From Longivirga aurantiaca (GTDB lineage: Bacteria > Actinomycetota > Actinomycetes > S36-B12 > CAIYMF01), in contig NZ_JBHSTI010000008.1 of the NCBI RefSeq assembly GCF_042660085.1, positions 60,001 through 92,000 on the forward strand: a stretch of 32,000 nucleotides of DNA. The letters run 5' to 3'. A program made the translations under genes and the position numbers. The notes beneath the pieces are model-generated. The model was not told the DNA's origin. It saw only the letters and a program-made list of their open reading frames with translations, and did no database searches. Positions 1 through 11,452 of the stretch are shown one piece after another. Each line of letters begins with the position of its first letter. The first letter of the stretch is position 1.

Positions 1-2
1 TC

Positions 3-1109
3 GACTGCCTGCGCCTCGACGCGATCGCGTTCCTCTGGAAGCGGCTCGGCACCAACTGCCAGAACCAGCCCGAGGTGCACGGCATCACGCGAGCGCTGCG
101 CGCCGTGGCGCGGATCGCGGCGCCGTCGCTGGTGTTCAAGGCCGAGGCGATCGTGGCACCGGGCGACCTCGTGAAGTACCTCGGCGTCGGCGAGTACGCC
201 GGCTCGGTGTCAGACCTGGCGTACCACAACAGCCTCATGGTGCAGATCTGGTCGGCGCTCGCCACCAACGACGCCCGCCTTCTCGTGCGGGCGCTCGACA
301 GCTTCCCGCCCAAGCCGACCACGACCGCGTGGGCGACGTACCTCCGCTGCCACGACGACATCGGCTGGGCCATCGACGACGCCGACGCGGCGGCGATCGG
401 TTGGAACGGCTACGACCACAGGCGGTTCCTGTCGCAGTGGTTCGTCGGCGCGTTCCCCGGGAGCCCGGCGCGCGGCGCGGAGTTCCAGGTGAACGAGGCG
501 ACGGGCGACAGCCGCATCTCCGGGAGCGCGGCGTCGCTCGCGGGCGTCGAGACGGCGCTCGCGTCCAACGATGCCGCCCGCCTCGAGATCGCGCTGCGCC
601 GTCTGCGCTGCGCCTACGCCGTCGTGTACGGCTTCGGCGGGATCCCGCTGCTCTACATGGGCGACGAGCTTGCGCTGCTCAACGACCACTCGTACCTCGA
701 CGAGCCGGCGCATGCCGAGGACAACCGCTGGATGCATCGTCCGAAGATGCCGTGGGACAGGGTGTCTCGACGCACCGACCCGTATGCGCTCGAGGGCCGG
801 ATGCACGGCGTGATCAAGCACCTCGGCGAGGTGCGCCGGTCGCTTCCGTCGCTGCACGCCGCGGTCGAGTCCGAGACCGCGCTCACGTCCAACCCGTCGG
901 TCCTCGCGGTGCAGCGCCGGCACGCCGCCGGCGACCTCGTGCAGCTCTACAACTTCTCCGGCGACTGGCAGCGCATCGACGACTCGGCGCTCGGCTCGAT
1001 CCGGCACACCGACGTCGTCGACCATCTGACCGGCGGCACGCCGTTGCGCGAGGACGGCCAGGTCGTGCTCGAGCCGTACGCCGCCCTCTGGCTCACCACC
1101 CGCACCTGA
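3..1109 (+). CDS. Amylosucrase / GH13-family alpha-glucan enzyme, C-terminal part (5' truncated by the window edge)
   Basis: Frame 3 is open from the window start (DCLRLDAIAFLWKRLGTNCQNQPEVHGITR...). Amylosucrase-like motifs: RIAAPSLVFKAEAIV, YLRCHDDIGW, GYDHRRFLSQWF, FQVNEATGDSRISGSAASL, GGIPLLYMGDE. Stop at 1107-1109. Confidence 0.88.
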   Translation, partial: DCLRLDAIAFLWKRLGTNCQNQPEVHGITRALRAVARIAAPSLVFKAEAIVAPGDLVKYLGVGEYAGSVSDLAYHNSLMVQIWSALATNDARLLVRALDSFPPKPTTTAWATYLRCHDDIGWAIDDADAAAIGWNGYDHRRFLSQWFVGAFPGSPARGAEFQVNEATGDSRISGSAASLAGVETALASNDAARLEIALRRLRCAYAVVYGFGGIPLLYMGDELALLNDHSYLDEPAHAEDNRWMHRPKMPWDRVSRRTDPYALEGRMHGVIKHLGEVRRSLPSLHAAVESETALTSNPSVLAVQRRHAAGDLVQLYNFSGDWQRIDDSALGSIRHTDVVDHLTGGTPLREDGQVVLEPYAALWLTTRT

Positions 1110-1174
1110 CCGGCGCCCCCGGTGTGCGCGATGCTGCGGGCCTTCATCGAAGTCCCCGCTCCAGGCGCAGGGCC

Positions 1175-1699
1175 TCAGACGTGGCCGGAGTCCTCGATCT
1201 CGGACTCGGCTGCGGCCTCGTGCTCGAGCTGGCGCGCGAACGAGGCATGGATCTCGGCCTCGGCGTCCGTGCGGCCGGCCCAGGTGGCGCCCTCGACGCT
1301 CTTGCCGGGCTCGAGGTCCTTGTAGACCTCGAAGAAGTGCTGGATCTCGAGGCGGTCGAACTCGGCCACGTGGTGGATGTCGCGCAGGTGCTCGAGGCGA
1401 GGGTCGCCCGAGGGCACGCAGAGCACCTTGTCGTCGCCGCCGGCCTCGTCGGTCATCCGGAACATCCCGATCGCGCGGCACTTGATGAGGCAGCCGGGGA
1501 AGGTCGGCTCCTGCAGCAGGACCATCGCGTCGAGCGGGTCGCCGTCCTGGCCGAGGGTGCCTTCGATGTAGCCGTAGTCGTGGGGGTAGCGCGTCGAGGT
1601 GAACAGCATCCGGTCGAGGCGGATGCGACCGGTGAGGTGGTCGACCTCGTACTTGTTGCGCGAGCCGGCGGGGATCTCGATCAGGACGTCGAACTCCAC
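1175..1699 (-). CDS. ppa: Inorganic pyrophosphatase
   Basis: 174 aa with family I PPase signatures: [74 protein letters not shown]. Confidence 0.97.
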   Translation of the reverse strand: MEFDVLIEIPAGSRNKYEVDHLTGRIRLDRMLFTSTRYPHDYGYIEGTLGQDGDPLDAMVLLQEPTFPGCLIKCRAIGMFRMTDEAGGDDKVLCVPSGDPRLEHLRDIHHVAEFDRLEIQHFFEVYKDLEPGKSVEGATWAGRTDAEAEIHASFARQLEHEAAAESEIEDSGHV

Positions 1700-1907
1700 G
1701 GGGGCACTCCTGCGGTCGGTGTCACGAGCGGGAAGGTCGACACGGCCGGATGCCCGGACGCCGTCGTCCGTCGCCTAGTGTTCCGTACGCGGACCCCCAT
1801 GCGTGACCACGCCCGCGACCTCGGGTGACCGGGATCACGGACGGCCGCCGCAGCACGGCGTCCCGCAGCGATGACGACGTCCCCCGAGCGACCCCGAAGG
1901 ACCCCTC

Positions 1908-3305
1908 GTGAGCAGCGCCCGACGACCCGCCCTCGCGGCGGCGTGCGCGCTCGCCCTGGCTCTGCCCGTGCTCGTCGGCGGCTCGGCCGCAGGCGCCCCG
2001 ACGGCCGTCCCGGCACCGCCGGCGGCGCCCGCCGTCGTGCTCCCGGTGGCTGACGGCGCGCCCTCGCCGGCACCCACGACCTCCGACAAGGCCATGGTCG
2101 CCGCGGTCGCCAAGGCCCTGCGCGCGGCGCCGCTCGGCTCGGACACCACCGCCATCGTGCTCGACGTCGCCAGCGGCGACGTCATCGTCGGCGACGACGA
2201 GACGCGCGCCCAGGTGCCTGCCAGCACGGCGAAGACGCTGACCGCGGTCACCGCCCTGAGCGCGCTCGGGCCGTCGACCCGGTTGCGCACCGCGGTCGTG
2301 ACCGGCGCGACCGCGGGGGAGATCGTCCTCGTCGGTGGCGGCGACGCCACGCTCACGCGGACGCCCGCCAAGCCCGGCCAGCTGCCGGCCGGCCAGGCGG
2401 CCCGACCCGCGTCGCTGTCCGATCTCGCCCGAGCCACTGCCAAGGCGCTCAAGGCGTCCGGGATCACCGCCGTGAGCGTCCGCATCGACGACTCGGCCTT
2501 CCGCGGCCCGCGCACCGCCGCCGGGTGGCCGGACTCCTACGTGAGCACCGGAGTCGTGTCGCCCGTCTCGGCGCTGTCGGCCGACAGCGGCAGGGTCTCG
2601 GCCGACTCGCGCGTGCGCGACACCGACCCGGCGCTGGCGGCGGGCCGGTACTTCGCCGACCGGCTCGCGACGTCCGGCATCGCGGTGTCGCCCGCCGTGA
2701 CCCGCACGGTCGCGGCCGCCGGTGCGACGCCCATCGCCTCGGTCCTCAGCCCGACCGTGGCCGACCTCGTCGAGCGCATGCTGACCGACTCCGACAACGA
2801 CCTCGCCGAGGCGCTGGCGCACCTGGCCGGCGGGAAGCTCGTGGGCGACCCCAGCTTCGCCGGCGGCGCCACGGCCACGCTGCAGGTGGTGGAGGCCCTC
2901 GGCGTCCCGACCACCGGCCTCGCCCTCTCGGACGGCAGCGGCCTCTCGCGCCGCGACGCCGTGAGCGCCCGCACGCTCGCCGGGGTCCTCGCGGCCGCCG
3001 CGCGCGACGAGCCGCCGGTGGGCACGACCGCGGGGATCCTCTGGCCGACCTCGACCGGGCTCCCGATCGCCGGCGTCACCGGCACCCTCGCGGAGCGGTT
3101 CGACACCCCCGGCACCGATCCGGGCCGCGGGGTGGTCCGTGCCAAGACCGGCACGCTCAGCGGCGTCGTCACCCTCGCGGGCATGACCCGGGACAGCGAG
3201 GGCCGGCTGCGCGTCTTCGCGTTCCTCGCCGACGCCTCGCCCGGGCCTCTGCTCGATGCCCAGGCCGCGCTCGACCGCGCCGCCGCGGCCGTCGCGGCCG
3301 GCTGA
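1908..3305 (+). CDS. dacB: D-alanyl-D-alanine carboxypeptidase / D-Ala-D-Ala endopeptidase (PBP4, S13 family)
   Basis: GTG start; signal peptide, PASTAKTLTAV (SxxK), SDNDLAEALA (SDN motif), VRAKTGTLSGV (KTG). Confidence 0.93.
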   Translation: MSSARRPALAAACALALALPVLVGGSAAGAPTAVPAPPAAPAVVLPVADGAPSPAPTTSDKAMVAAVAKALRAAPLGSDTTAIVLDVASGDVIVGDDETRAQVPASTAKTLTAVTALSALGPSTRLRTAVVTGATAGEIVLVGGGDATLTRTPAKPGQLPAGQAARPASLSDLARATAKALKASGITAVSVRIDDSAFRGPRTAAGWPDSYVSTGVVSPVSALSADSGRVSADSRVRDTDPALAAGRYFADRLATSGIAVSPAVTRTVAAAGATPIASVLSPTVADLVERMLTDSDNDLAEALAHLAGGKLVGDPSFAGGATATLQVVEALGVPTTGLALSDGSGLSRRDAVSARTLAGVLAAAARDEPPVGTTAGILWPTSTGLPIAGVTGTLAERFDTPGTDPGRGVVRAKTGTLSGVVTLAGMTRDSEGRLRVFAFLADASPGPLLDAQAALDRAAAAVAAG

Positions 3306-3370
3306 CCCGCCGTCCGCCCAGGCAAGCCTCGGCGGAGGCACGTGGCGGACCCTCGCGTAGGGTCACGCGG

Positions 3371-4414
3371 GTGGAGGTCGTCGACTGGGGCCTGGCCCGT
3401 TCCACCGCGCGCAGCTTCGCTCCGCGGGGTCCCGGCGGCACGCCCGAGGACGCTCGCTCCGCCGTCGCCGAGCTCCGCGCCCTCGCCCGGTACGCCGTCG
3501 ATCCCGTCCGCGAGCGCACCGGCCTCGACGCCGGGCACGCCCCCGGGGCGATCGTGGTCGACCGCGGCGCGTGGGTGGACAGCAACGTCGACGGCTTCCG
3601 CGTCGTCCTCGCGCCGCTCCTCGAGCGGATGGCCACCGAGCAGCCCGGGGTCGTCACCACGGTCGGGTCGCGCCTGACCGCCGTCGAGCTCGGCGGGGTG
3701 CTCGCCTATCTGTCCGGCAAGGTGCTCGGCCAGTACGAGGCGTTCACGACGTCGTCCACCGGTCGCCTGCTGCTGGTGGCGCCCAACATCGTCGCGGCCG
3801 AGCGGCACCTCGACGTCGACACCCGCGACTTCCGCCTGTGGATCTGCCTGCACGAGGAGACGCACCGCGTGCAGTTCAGCGCCGTGCCGTGGCTGTCGCA
3901 GCACCTCGTGGGGGAGATCCACGACTACCTCGCGCTGTCGGAGATCGGCGTCGGCGACTCGCTCAAGCGCCTCATGCAGGGCCTCGGCTCGATCGTGGCG
4001 GCCGTGCGCGGCGACGCCGGCGCCTCGCTCGTGGACGCCGTGCAGAGCGAGGACCAGCGCGAGGTGTTCGACCGGATCACCGCCCTCATGAGCCTGCTCG
4101 AGGGCCACGCCGACCATGTGATGGACGAGGTCGGCCCCGAGATCGTGCCGTCGGTCGCGCAGATCCGGGAGCGGTTCGAGAAGCGCCGCGGCGAGCCCGG
4201 GGCCGTCGACGGCCTGGCGCGCCGGCTGCTCGGGCTCGACGCCAAGATGCGTCAGTACACGGAGGGGCGCTCGTTCGTGTCGCACGTCGTCGACGCCGTC
4301 GGCCGCGACGGCTTCAACCGGGTGTGGACCTCGCCCGAGACCCTCCCCACCCGCGACGAGGTGCTCGACCCTGCCGCGTGGTGCACCCGCGTCGTCCCCG
4401 ACCTGCTGGCCTGA
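3371..4414 (+). CDS. Zinc-dependent metalloprotease (DUF2342 / F420-biosynthesis-associated family)
   Basis: Part of the 2525..4414 open frame. Likely GTG start at 3371 (VEVVDWGLARSTARSF). HEETHRVQF zinc-site motif, EGHADHVMDEVGPEIVPSVAQIRERFEKRR, LLGLDAKMRQYTEG. Confidence 0.88.
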   Translation: MEVVDWGLARSTARSFAPRGPGGTPEDARSAVAELRALARYAVDPVRERTGLDAGHAPGAIVVDRGAWVDSNVDGFRVVLAPLLERMATEQPGVVTTVGSRLTAVELGGVLAYLSGKVLGQYEAFTTSSTGRLLLVAPNIVAAERHLDVDTRDFRLWICLHEETHRVQFSAVPWLSQHLVGEIHDYLALSEIGVGDSLKRLMQGLGSIVAAVRGDAGASLVDAVQSEDQREVFDRITALMSLLEGHADHVMDEVGPEIVPSVAQIRERFEKRRGEPGAVDGLARRLLGLDAKMRQYTEGRSFVSHVVDAVGRDGFNRVWTSPETLPTRDEVLDPAAWCTRVVPDLLA

Positions 4415-4425
4415 CGGTCGCGCCC

Positions 4426-5421
4426 GTGCCCGCCGACACCGGCCCCCGGGGCTCCGCCGTACGCCGGGCCGTGCGGGACGAGCTGTCGGACCTCGCGCCC
4501 GACGCCCTCGTCCTCGTCGCGTGCTCCGGCGGTGCCGACTCGCTCTCGCTCGCCCACGCGACGCGCGCCGTGCGCGACCGCGCGGGCGCCGTCGTGATCG
4601 ACCACGGGCTGCAGACGGGCTCGGCCGAGGTGGCCGCCCGGACGGCCGCGTGGCTGCGCGACGCCGGCCTCGACCCGGTGGAGGTCGTGCAGGTGACGGT
4701 GGTCGAGGCGGGCGACGGCCCGGAGGCTGCGGCGCGCGACGCGCGCTACCGCGCCCTGTTCTGCGCGGCGCGAGATGCCGGTGCCGAGGTGGTGCTGCTC
4801 GGCCACACGCTCGACGACCAGGCCGAGTCGGTGCTGCTCGGTCTGGCTCGCGGCTCGGGCACCCGCAGCCTGGCGGGCATGCCGCGCTCGCGCGGGCCGT
4901 TCCGCCGTCCGCTTCTGCACCTGCGGCGGTCCGTCGTACGGGCCGAGGTGCCCGAGGGCGCCCCCGTCGTCGACGACCCCCACAACGACGACGACCGGTT
5001 CGCGCGGGTCCGGGTGCGGCACCGCGTGCTGCCGGTGCTCGAGGCCGAGCTCGGGCCGGGGATCGCTGAGGCGCTCGCGCGCACGGCCGATCTCGCCCGC
5101 GCCGACGCCGACGCCCTGGCCGAGCTCGCCGACGAGGTGGCGTGGGACGTCATCCACGGGGCGCGCGACGAGGGCACCCTCGACGTCGTCGACCTCGAGC
5201 CGCTGTCGGACGCCGTCCGTTCCCGCGTCGTGCGCCAGTGGCTGCTCGACGGAGGCTGCCCGGCGGGGCGGCTCGGTGCCGACCACGTGCAGCGCGTGTG
5301 CCGCCTCGTGACCCACTGGACCGGGCAGGGGGCGGTCGCCCTGCCGGGCGGTGTCGAGGCGGTCCGGGACTATGGCAGGCTCGCCCTGCGCCAGACACCA
5401 CTGCCTCGCAAGGAGACCTGA
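4426..5421 (+). CDS. tilS: tRNA(Ile)-lysidine synthase
   Basis: PP-loop [61 protein letters not shown]; immediately upstream of hpt, overlapping it as TGATG. Confidence 0.93.
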   Translation: MPADTGPRGSAVRRAVRDELSDLAPDALVLVACSGGADSLSLAHATRAVRDRAGAVVIDHGLQTGSAEVAARTAAWLRDAGLDPVEVVQVTVVEAGDGPEAAARDARYRALFCAARDAGAEVVLLGHTLDDQAESVLLGLARGSGTRSLAGMPRSRGPFRRPLLHLRRSVVRAEVPEGAPVVDDPHNDDDRFARVRVRHRVLPVLEAELGPGIAEALARTADLARADADALAELADEVAWDVIHGARDEGTLDVVDLEPLSDAVRSRVVRQWLLDGGCPAGRLGADHVQRVCRLVTHWTGQGAVALPGGVEAVRDYGRLALRQTPLPRKET

Positions 5422-5972
5422 TGGACGCGTCGGACCTCGGTAACGATCTCACGCAGGTCCTCCTCGACGAGGCGGCGATCGACACCAAGGTGCGCGAGCT
5501 CGCGGCGCAGATCGACGCCGACTACGCCGGCAAGGACCTCCTCCTCGTGGGCGTGCTCAAGGGCGCGCTCATGGTGATGGCCGACCTGTCCCGGGCGATG
5601 TCCGGCCCGGTCGAGATGGACTGGATGGCGGTGTCGTCGTACGGCGCGGGCACGAAGTCCTCCGGCGTCGTACGGATCATGAAGGACCTCGACCGCGACA
5701 TCACCGGCCGGCACGTTCTCGTGGTCGAGGACATCCTCGACTCCGGCCTCACGCTCTCCTGGCTGCTGCGCAACCTGCGCTCGCGCGGCCCGGCGTCGGT
5801 CGAGGTGTGCACGTTCCTGCGCAAGCCCGACGCCCTCAAGGTGCAGGTCGAGCCGCGCTACGTCGGCTACGACATCCCCAACGAGTTCGTCGTCGGCTAC
5901 GGCCTCGACTACGCCGAGAAGTACCGCAACCTCCGCGTCGTCGGCACCCTCGCCCCCCACGTCTACTCCTAG
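5421..5972 (+). CDS. hpt: Hypoxanthine phosphoribosyltransferase
   Basis: [37 protein letters not shown] (PRPP-binding motif), [29 protein letters not shown]. Confidence 0.97.
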   Translation: MDASDLGNDLTQVLLDEAAIDTKVRELAAQIDADYAGKDLLLVGVLKGALMVMADLSRAMSGPVEMDWMAVSSYGAGTKSSGVVRIMKDLDRDITGRHVLVVEDILDSGLTLSWLLRNLRSRGPASVEVCTFLRKPDALKVQVEPRYVGYDIPNEFVVGYGLDYAEKYRNLRVVGTLAPHVYS

Positions 5973-6210
5973 CCCTCCTGCCCGCACGTTCCGCCCGGGG
6001 TGAACGGGGGAACAGGGCGGGCGCGGCGTGCGTCAGTGCTGGTGACGGCCTCGGACGGGGCACGTGGGACGGCGGTCGCAGCTGCTCCGGTGTACCGTCG
6101 AGTGTCCTCACAGGCGTGCTCGGAGCCCCGGGCCTGCCGCGTGGCGAACCGTCGACCCGCCAGCCCAGCCAGCACAGTCAGGAGGGACGGGGCCTCACAG
6201 CCCCCAGCCC

Positions 6211-8237
<2,027 letters not shown>

Positions 8238-8241
<4 letters not shown>

Positions 8242-8843
8242 ACGGCGTCAACCCGGTGCACGTGCCGGACGTCGTGGCCGGCGAGTTCGACCAGGCGCGG
8301 GCCGAGGCTGCCGTGCGCGAGCTGCTCAGCGCGATCGGCGAGGACCCCGAGCGCGACGGTCTCCTCGACACTCCGGCGCGGGTTGCACGCGCGTACGGCG
8401 AGATGTTCGCCGGGCTGCGCCAGACGCCCGACGAAGTGCTCTCGACCACGTTCGACCTCGGCCATGACGAGATGGTGCTGGTCAAGGACATCGAGCTCTA
8501 TTCGACCTGCGAGCACCACCTCGTGCCGTTCCACGGCGTCGCCCACGTCGGCTACATCCCGGGCGAGGACGGCCGGATCACGGGCCTGTCCAAGCTCGCG
8601 CGGCTGGTCGACGTGTACGCCAAGCGCCCGCAGGTGCAGGAGCGGCTCACGACGCAGGTGGCCGACGCGCTCGTACGCATCCTCGAGCCGCGCGGCGTCA
8701 TCGTCGTGATGGAGTGCGAGCACATGTGCATGTCGATGCGCGGCATCCGCAAGCCCGGCGCGAAGACCATCACCAGCGCGGTGCGCGGGCAGCTGCGCGA
8801 CTCGGCCACCCGCGCCGAGGCGATGAGCCTCATCGTCGGCTGA
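8238..8843 (+). CDS. folE: GTP cyclohydrolase I
   Basis: GTG start overlapping the ftsH stop (GTGA). [63 protein letters not shown]. Confidence 0.97.
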
Positions 8844-8850
8844 TCCGGCG

Positions 8851-9717
8851 ATGACGCACCGGCCCCGGCATCCGGCGGGCCTGCCCCCGCGGCTCGCCTC
8901 GCTCGAGCGCTGCCTCGTGATGGGCGTCCTCAACGTCACCCCCGACTCCTTCTCCGACGGCGGGCTCTTCCTCGACGCCGCGCGAGCGATCGACCACGGC
9001 CTCGCGATGGCTGCCGCCGGAGCCGATCTCGTCGACGTCGGCGGCGAGTCGACGCGCCCGGGTGCCGAGCGCGTGGCACCCGAGGAGGAGATCGCGCGGG
9101 TCATCCCCGTGGTCTCGGCCCTGGCCGAGGCCGGTGTCGCCGTCAGCATCGACACGATGCGCGCGACCACCGCGCGCGCCGCGGTCGAGGCCGGGGCGTG
9201 CGTGGTCAACGACGTGAGCGGCGGCCTCGCCGACCCCGGCATGCTCATCGCCGTCGCCTCGCTCGACGTGCCGTACGTCGCGATGCACTGGCGCGGCCAC
9301 AGCACGCACATGGACGACCTCGCGGTGTACGGCGACGTCGTGAGCGACGTGGTCGCCGAGCTCTCGGCGCGCGCCGCCGACGCCGTCGCCGCCGGGATCG
9401 CGCCCGAGCGGGTCGTGCTCGACCCGGGCCTCGGGTTCGCCAAGGAGGCCGACCACAACTGGGCGCTGCTGCGCGGGCTCGACCACCTGCTCGCGGTCGG
9501 ACACCCCGTGCTCGTCGGCGCCTCGCGCAAGCGGTTCCTCGGCTCGCTCCTCGCGGCCGACGGCGAGCCGCGACCGCTCGCCGGCCGGGACGGCGCCACC
9601 GACGCGATCACCGCGCTGGCCGCGGCCGCCGGTGCGTGGTGCGTGCGGGTGCACGACGTACGCGGGAGCCGCGACGCCGTCGAGGTGGCGGCCGCCTGGC
9701 TGCGTGGGCGAGGGTGA
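8851..9717 (+). CDS. folP: Dihydropteroate synthase
   Basis: MGVLNVTPDSFSDGG, DLVDVGGESTRPGAERV, SIDTMRATTARAAVEAGACVVNDVSGG, LDPGLGFAKEADHNW, LVGASRKRFLG. Confidence 0.97.
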   Translation: MTHRPRHPAGLPPRLASLERCLVMGVLNVTPDSFSDGGLFLDAARAIDHGLAMAAAGADLVDVGGESTRPGAERVAPEEEIARVIPVVSALAEAGVAVSIDTMRATTARAAVEAGACVVNDVSGGLADPGMLIAVASLDVPYVAMHWRGHSTHMDDLAVYGDVVSDVVAELSARAADAVAAGIAPERVVLDPGLGFAKEADHNWALLRGLDHLLAVGHPVLVGASRKRFLGSLLAADGEPRPLAGRDGATDAITALAAAAGAWCVRVHDVRGSRDAVEVAAAWLRGRG

Positions 9718-9721
9718 GCAC

Positions 9722-10102
9722 GTGATCCCCGAGCACCTCGACCGCATCGCCGTCCGCGGCTTGTCAGCCACCGGCCACCACGGCGTCTTCGACTTCGAGA
9801 AGCGCGAGGGCCAGACCTTCGTCGTCGACGTCGTGCTCGGCGTCGACACCCGCGAGGCCGCCGCCACCGACGACCTCGCGCGCACCGTCCACTACGCCGA
9901 GGTCGCCGCCGACGTGATCGCGCTCATCGAGGGCGAGCCCGTCGACCTCATCGAGACCCTGGCCCAGCAGGTCGCCGACGCGTGCCTCGCCCGCGACGGC
10001 GTCGAGGCGGTCGAGGTGACCGTGCACAAGCCCGAGGCGCCCGTCGGCGTGGCCTTCGGCGACGTCGCGGTGACGATCACGCGGCTCGCGGGGCACCCGT
10101 GA
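9722..10102 (+). CDS. folB: Dihydroneopterin aldolase
   Basis: In-frame GTG at 9722. RIAVRGLSATGHHGVFDFEKREGQTFVVDVVL, YAEVAADVIALIEGEPVDLIETLAQQVAD, VTVHKPEAPV. Confidence 0.95.
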   Translation: MIPEHLDRIAVRGLSATGHHGVFDFEKREGQTFVVDVVLGVDTREAAATDDLARTVHYAEVAADVIALIEGEPVDLIETLAQQVADACLARDGVEAVEVTVHKPEAPVGVAFGDVAVTITRLAGHP

Positions 10103-10611
10103 CCCGCGTGGCCCTCGGGCTCGGCGCCAACCTCGGAGACCGGCTGGCTGCCCTTCAGGGCGCCGTCGACCTCATCGCCCCGTTGCTGGCCGACGCCGTG
10201 GTGTCGGCCGTCTACGAGACCGCGCCCGTCGGCGGTCCTGCCGACCAGCCCGACTACGCCAACGCCGTCCTCGCCGGCGACACCGACCTCGACCCGCACC
10301 GGCTCCTCCTCGCCGCCCACGACGCCGAGGAGGCCTGGCGCCGCACCCGCGAGGTGCGCTGGGGGCCACGCACCCTCGACGTCGACGTCCTCGCCGTCGG
10401 CGACCTCGAGCTGCACGACCCCGACCTCGTGCTCCCGCACCCGCGGGCGCACGAGCGCGGCTTCGTCCTCGTGCCGTGGGCCGAGATCGACCCCGGCTTC
10501 GTGATCGCCGGCCACGGCCTCGTGTCCGACCTCGCCGCGCGTGCGACCGAGCGCGACGGCGTCGACGCCGTGCGCCGGCGCACCGACGTACGTCTGGAGC
10601 TGCCCGCATGA
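10099..10611 (+). CDS. folK: 2-amino-4-hydroxy-6-hydroxymethyldihydropteridine diphosphokinase
   Basis: GTG start with 4-bp overlap to folB. LGLGANLGDRLAALQGAVDLI, YETAPVGGPADQPDYANAV, REVRWGPRTLDVDVLAVGD, LPHPRAHERGFVLVPWAEIDP. Confidence 0.96.
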   Translation: MTRVALGLGANLGDRLAALQGAVDLIAPLLADAVVSAVYETAPVGGPADQPDYANAVLAGDTDLDPHRLLLAAHDAEEAWRRTREVRWGPRTLDVDVLAVGDLELHDPDLVLPHPRAHERGFVLVPWAEIDPGFVIAGHGLVSDLAARATERDGVDAVRRRTDVRLELPA

Positions 10612-11078
10612 GCGCCACCCGCCCCCGCACCCTGGTGGTGCTCGCGGCGCTGGGCGCGCTGGGCGGATGGGTCGCCACCGCCCTCGTCGACGCCGTCGCG
10701 GGTCGCTCGTTCCCGGTGCCGCTCACCGTGCCGGCGCTCATGCTGGTGCTCGCGCTCTCGGTGTTCCTGTGGGCCCGGGGCACGCGGGCCCGCCTGGAGA
10801 AGAGGCCCGGCACCAAGCCGCTGCCGCCGATGCTCGCGCTGCGCACCTCTGCCCTCGCCCTCGCCGTCTCCCGTGCTGGCGCCGTCGTCGGCGGCTTCTA
10901 CCTCGGTGTGGCCGTGGCGCTGTCGCCGTCGTGGGACATCGCCTACGTGCGCGGGCTCGTCCTCGCGGCGATCGTCACGGTGGTCGGCTCGGCGCTGCTG
11001 GTCGCGGCGGGCCTGTGGCTCGAGAAGATCTGCCGGATCCCTCCCTCGGACGACGACGCGGCGGACCGGGCGGCGTAG
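10608..11078 (+). CDS. DUF3180 family membrane protein
   Basis: ATG at 10608 overlapping the folK stop. About four hydrophobic segments; position directly after folK is typical for this actinobacterial family. Confidence 0.8.
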   Translation: MSATRPRTLVVLAALGALGGWVATALVDAVAGRSFPVPLTVPALMLVLALSVFLWARGTRARLEKRPGTKPLPPMLALRTSALALAVSRAGAVVGGFYLGVAVALSPSWDIAYVRGLVLAAIVTVVGSALLVAAGLWLEKICRIPPSDDDAADRAA

Positions 11079-11107
11079 CCCGGCGCCCATCGCCTAGGGT
11101 CAGGGCC

Positions 11108-11392
11108 ATGAGCGAGGACATCGTGCTCGAGGACCTGCCCTACGACGAGCTGCGCGACCGTGCGTTCGAGATCGCCGAGCACAAGCTCGACCTGGGCTTC
11201 TTCGTCGACCTGTTCAACCACGCGCCCGCGATGCACGACGTGCAGGACGAGGGCGGCTCGGCCGGCGACATCGGCGGCTCGTTCGTCGAGACGATCCGTG
11301 CGGCCAAGCAGGTCTTCGGCGGCGAGTCCGTCGGCGACCTCGAGCCGCTCTTCCGCGCCCGCTTCGCGACCTACATCCGCGAGAACAGCTAG
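11108..11392 (+). CDS. Small conserved-looking hypothetical protein (94 aa)
   Basis: MSEDIVLEDLPYDELRDRAFEIAEHKLDLGFFVDLFNHAPAMHDVQDEGGSAGDIGGSFVETIRAAKQVFGGESVGDLEPLFRARFATYIRENS; normal codon/aa composition, same strand as the fol cluster. Confidence 0.7.
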   Translation: MSEDIVLEDLPYDELRDRAFEIAEHKLDLGFFVDLFNHAPAMHDVQDEGGSAGDIGGSFVETIRAAKQVFGGESVGDLEPLFRARFATYIRENS

Positions 11393-11395
11393 CCC

Positions 11396-11447
11396 CGACT
11401 CGGTAGTGGGATCTCGCACTCTGCTGCGAGATCCCACTACCGAATCG
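11396..11447. repeat. Intergenic inverted repeat, 19-bp perfect stem (11400-11418 / 11425-11443), 6-nt loop, plus three outer pairs after one mismatch; candidate bidirectional terminator or dispersed palindromic element
   Basis: CGACTCGGTAGTGGGATCTCGCACTCTGCTGCGAGATCCCACTACCGAATCG; lies between convergent CDSs ending at 11392(+) and 11453(-). Related copy at 24061-24111. Confidence 0.85.
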
Positions 11448-11452
11448 CTGTG

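Noticed and set aside
2525-3370. N-terminal extension of the 629-aa ORF before the DUF2342 metalloprotease
   Set aside because: Overlaps the PBP4 gene out of frame with Arg-rich composition; the family-like sequence begins at 3371.
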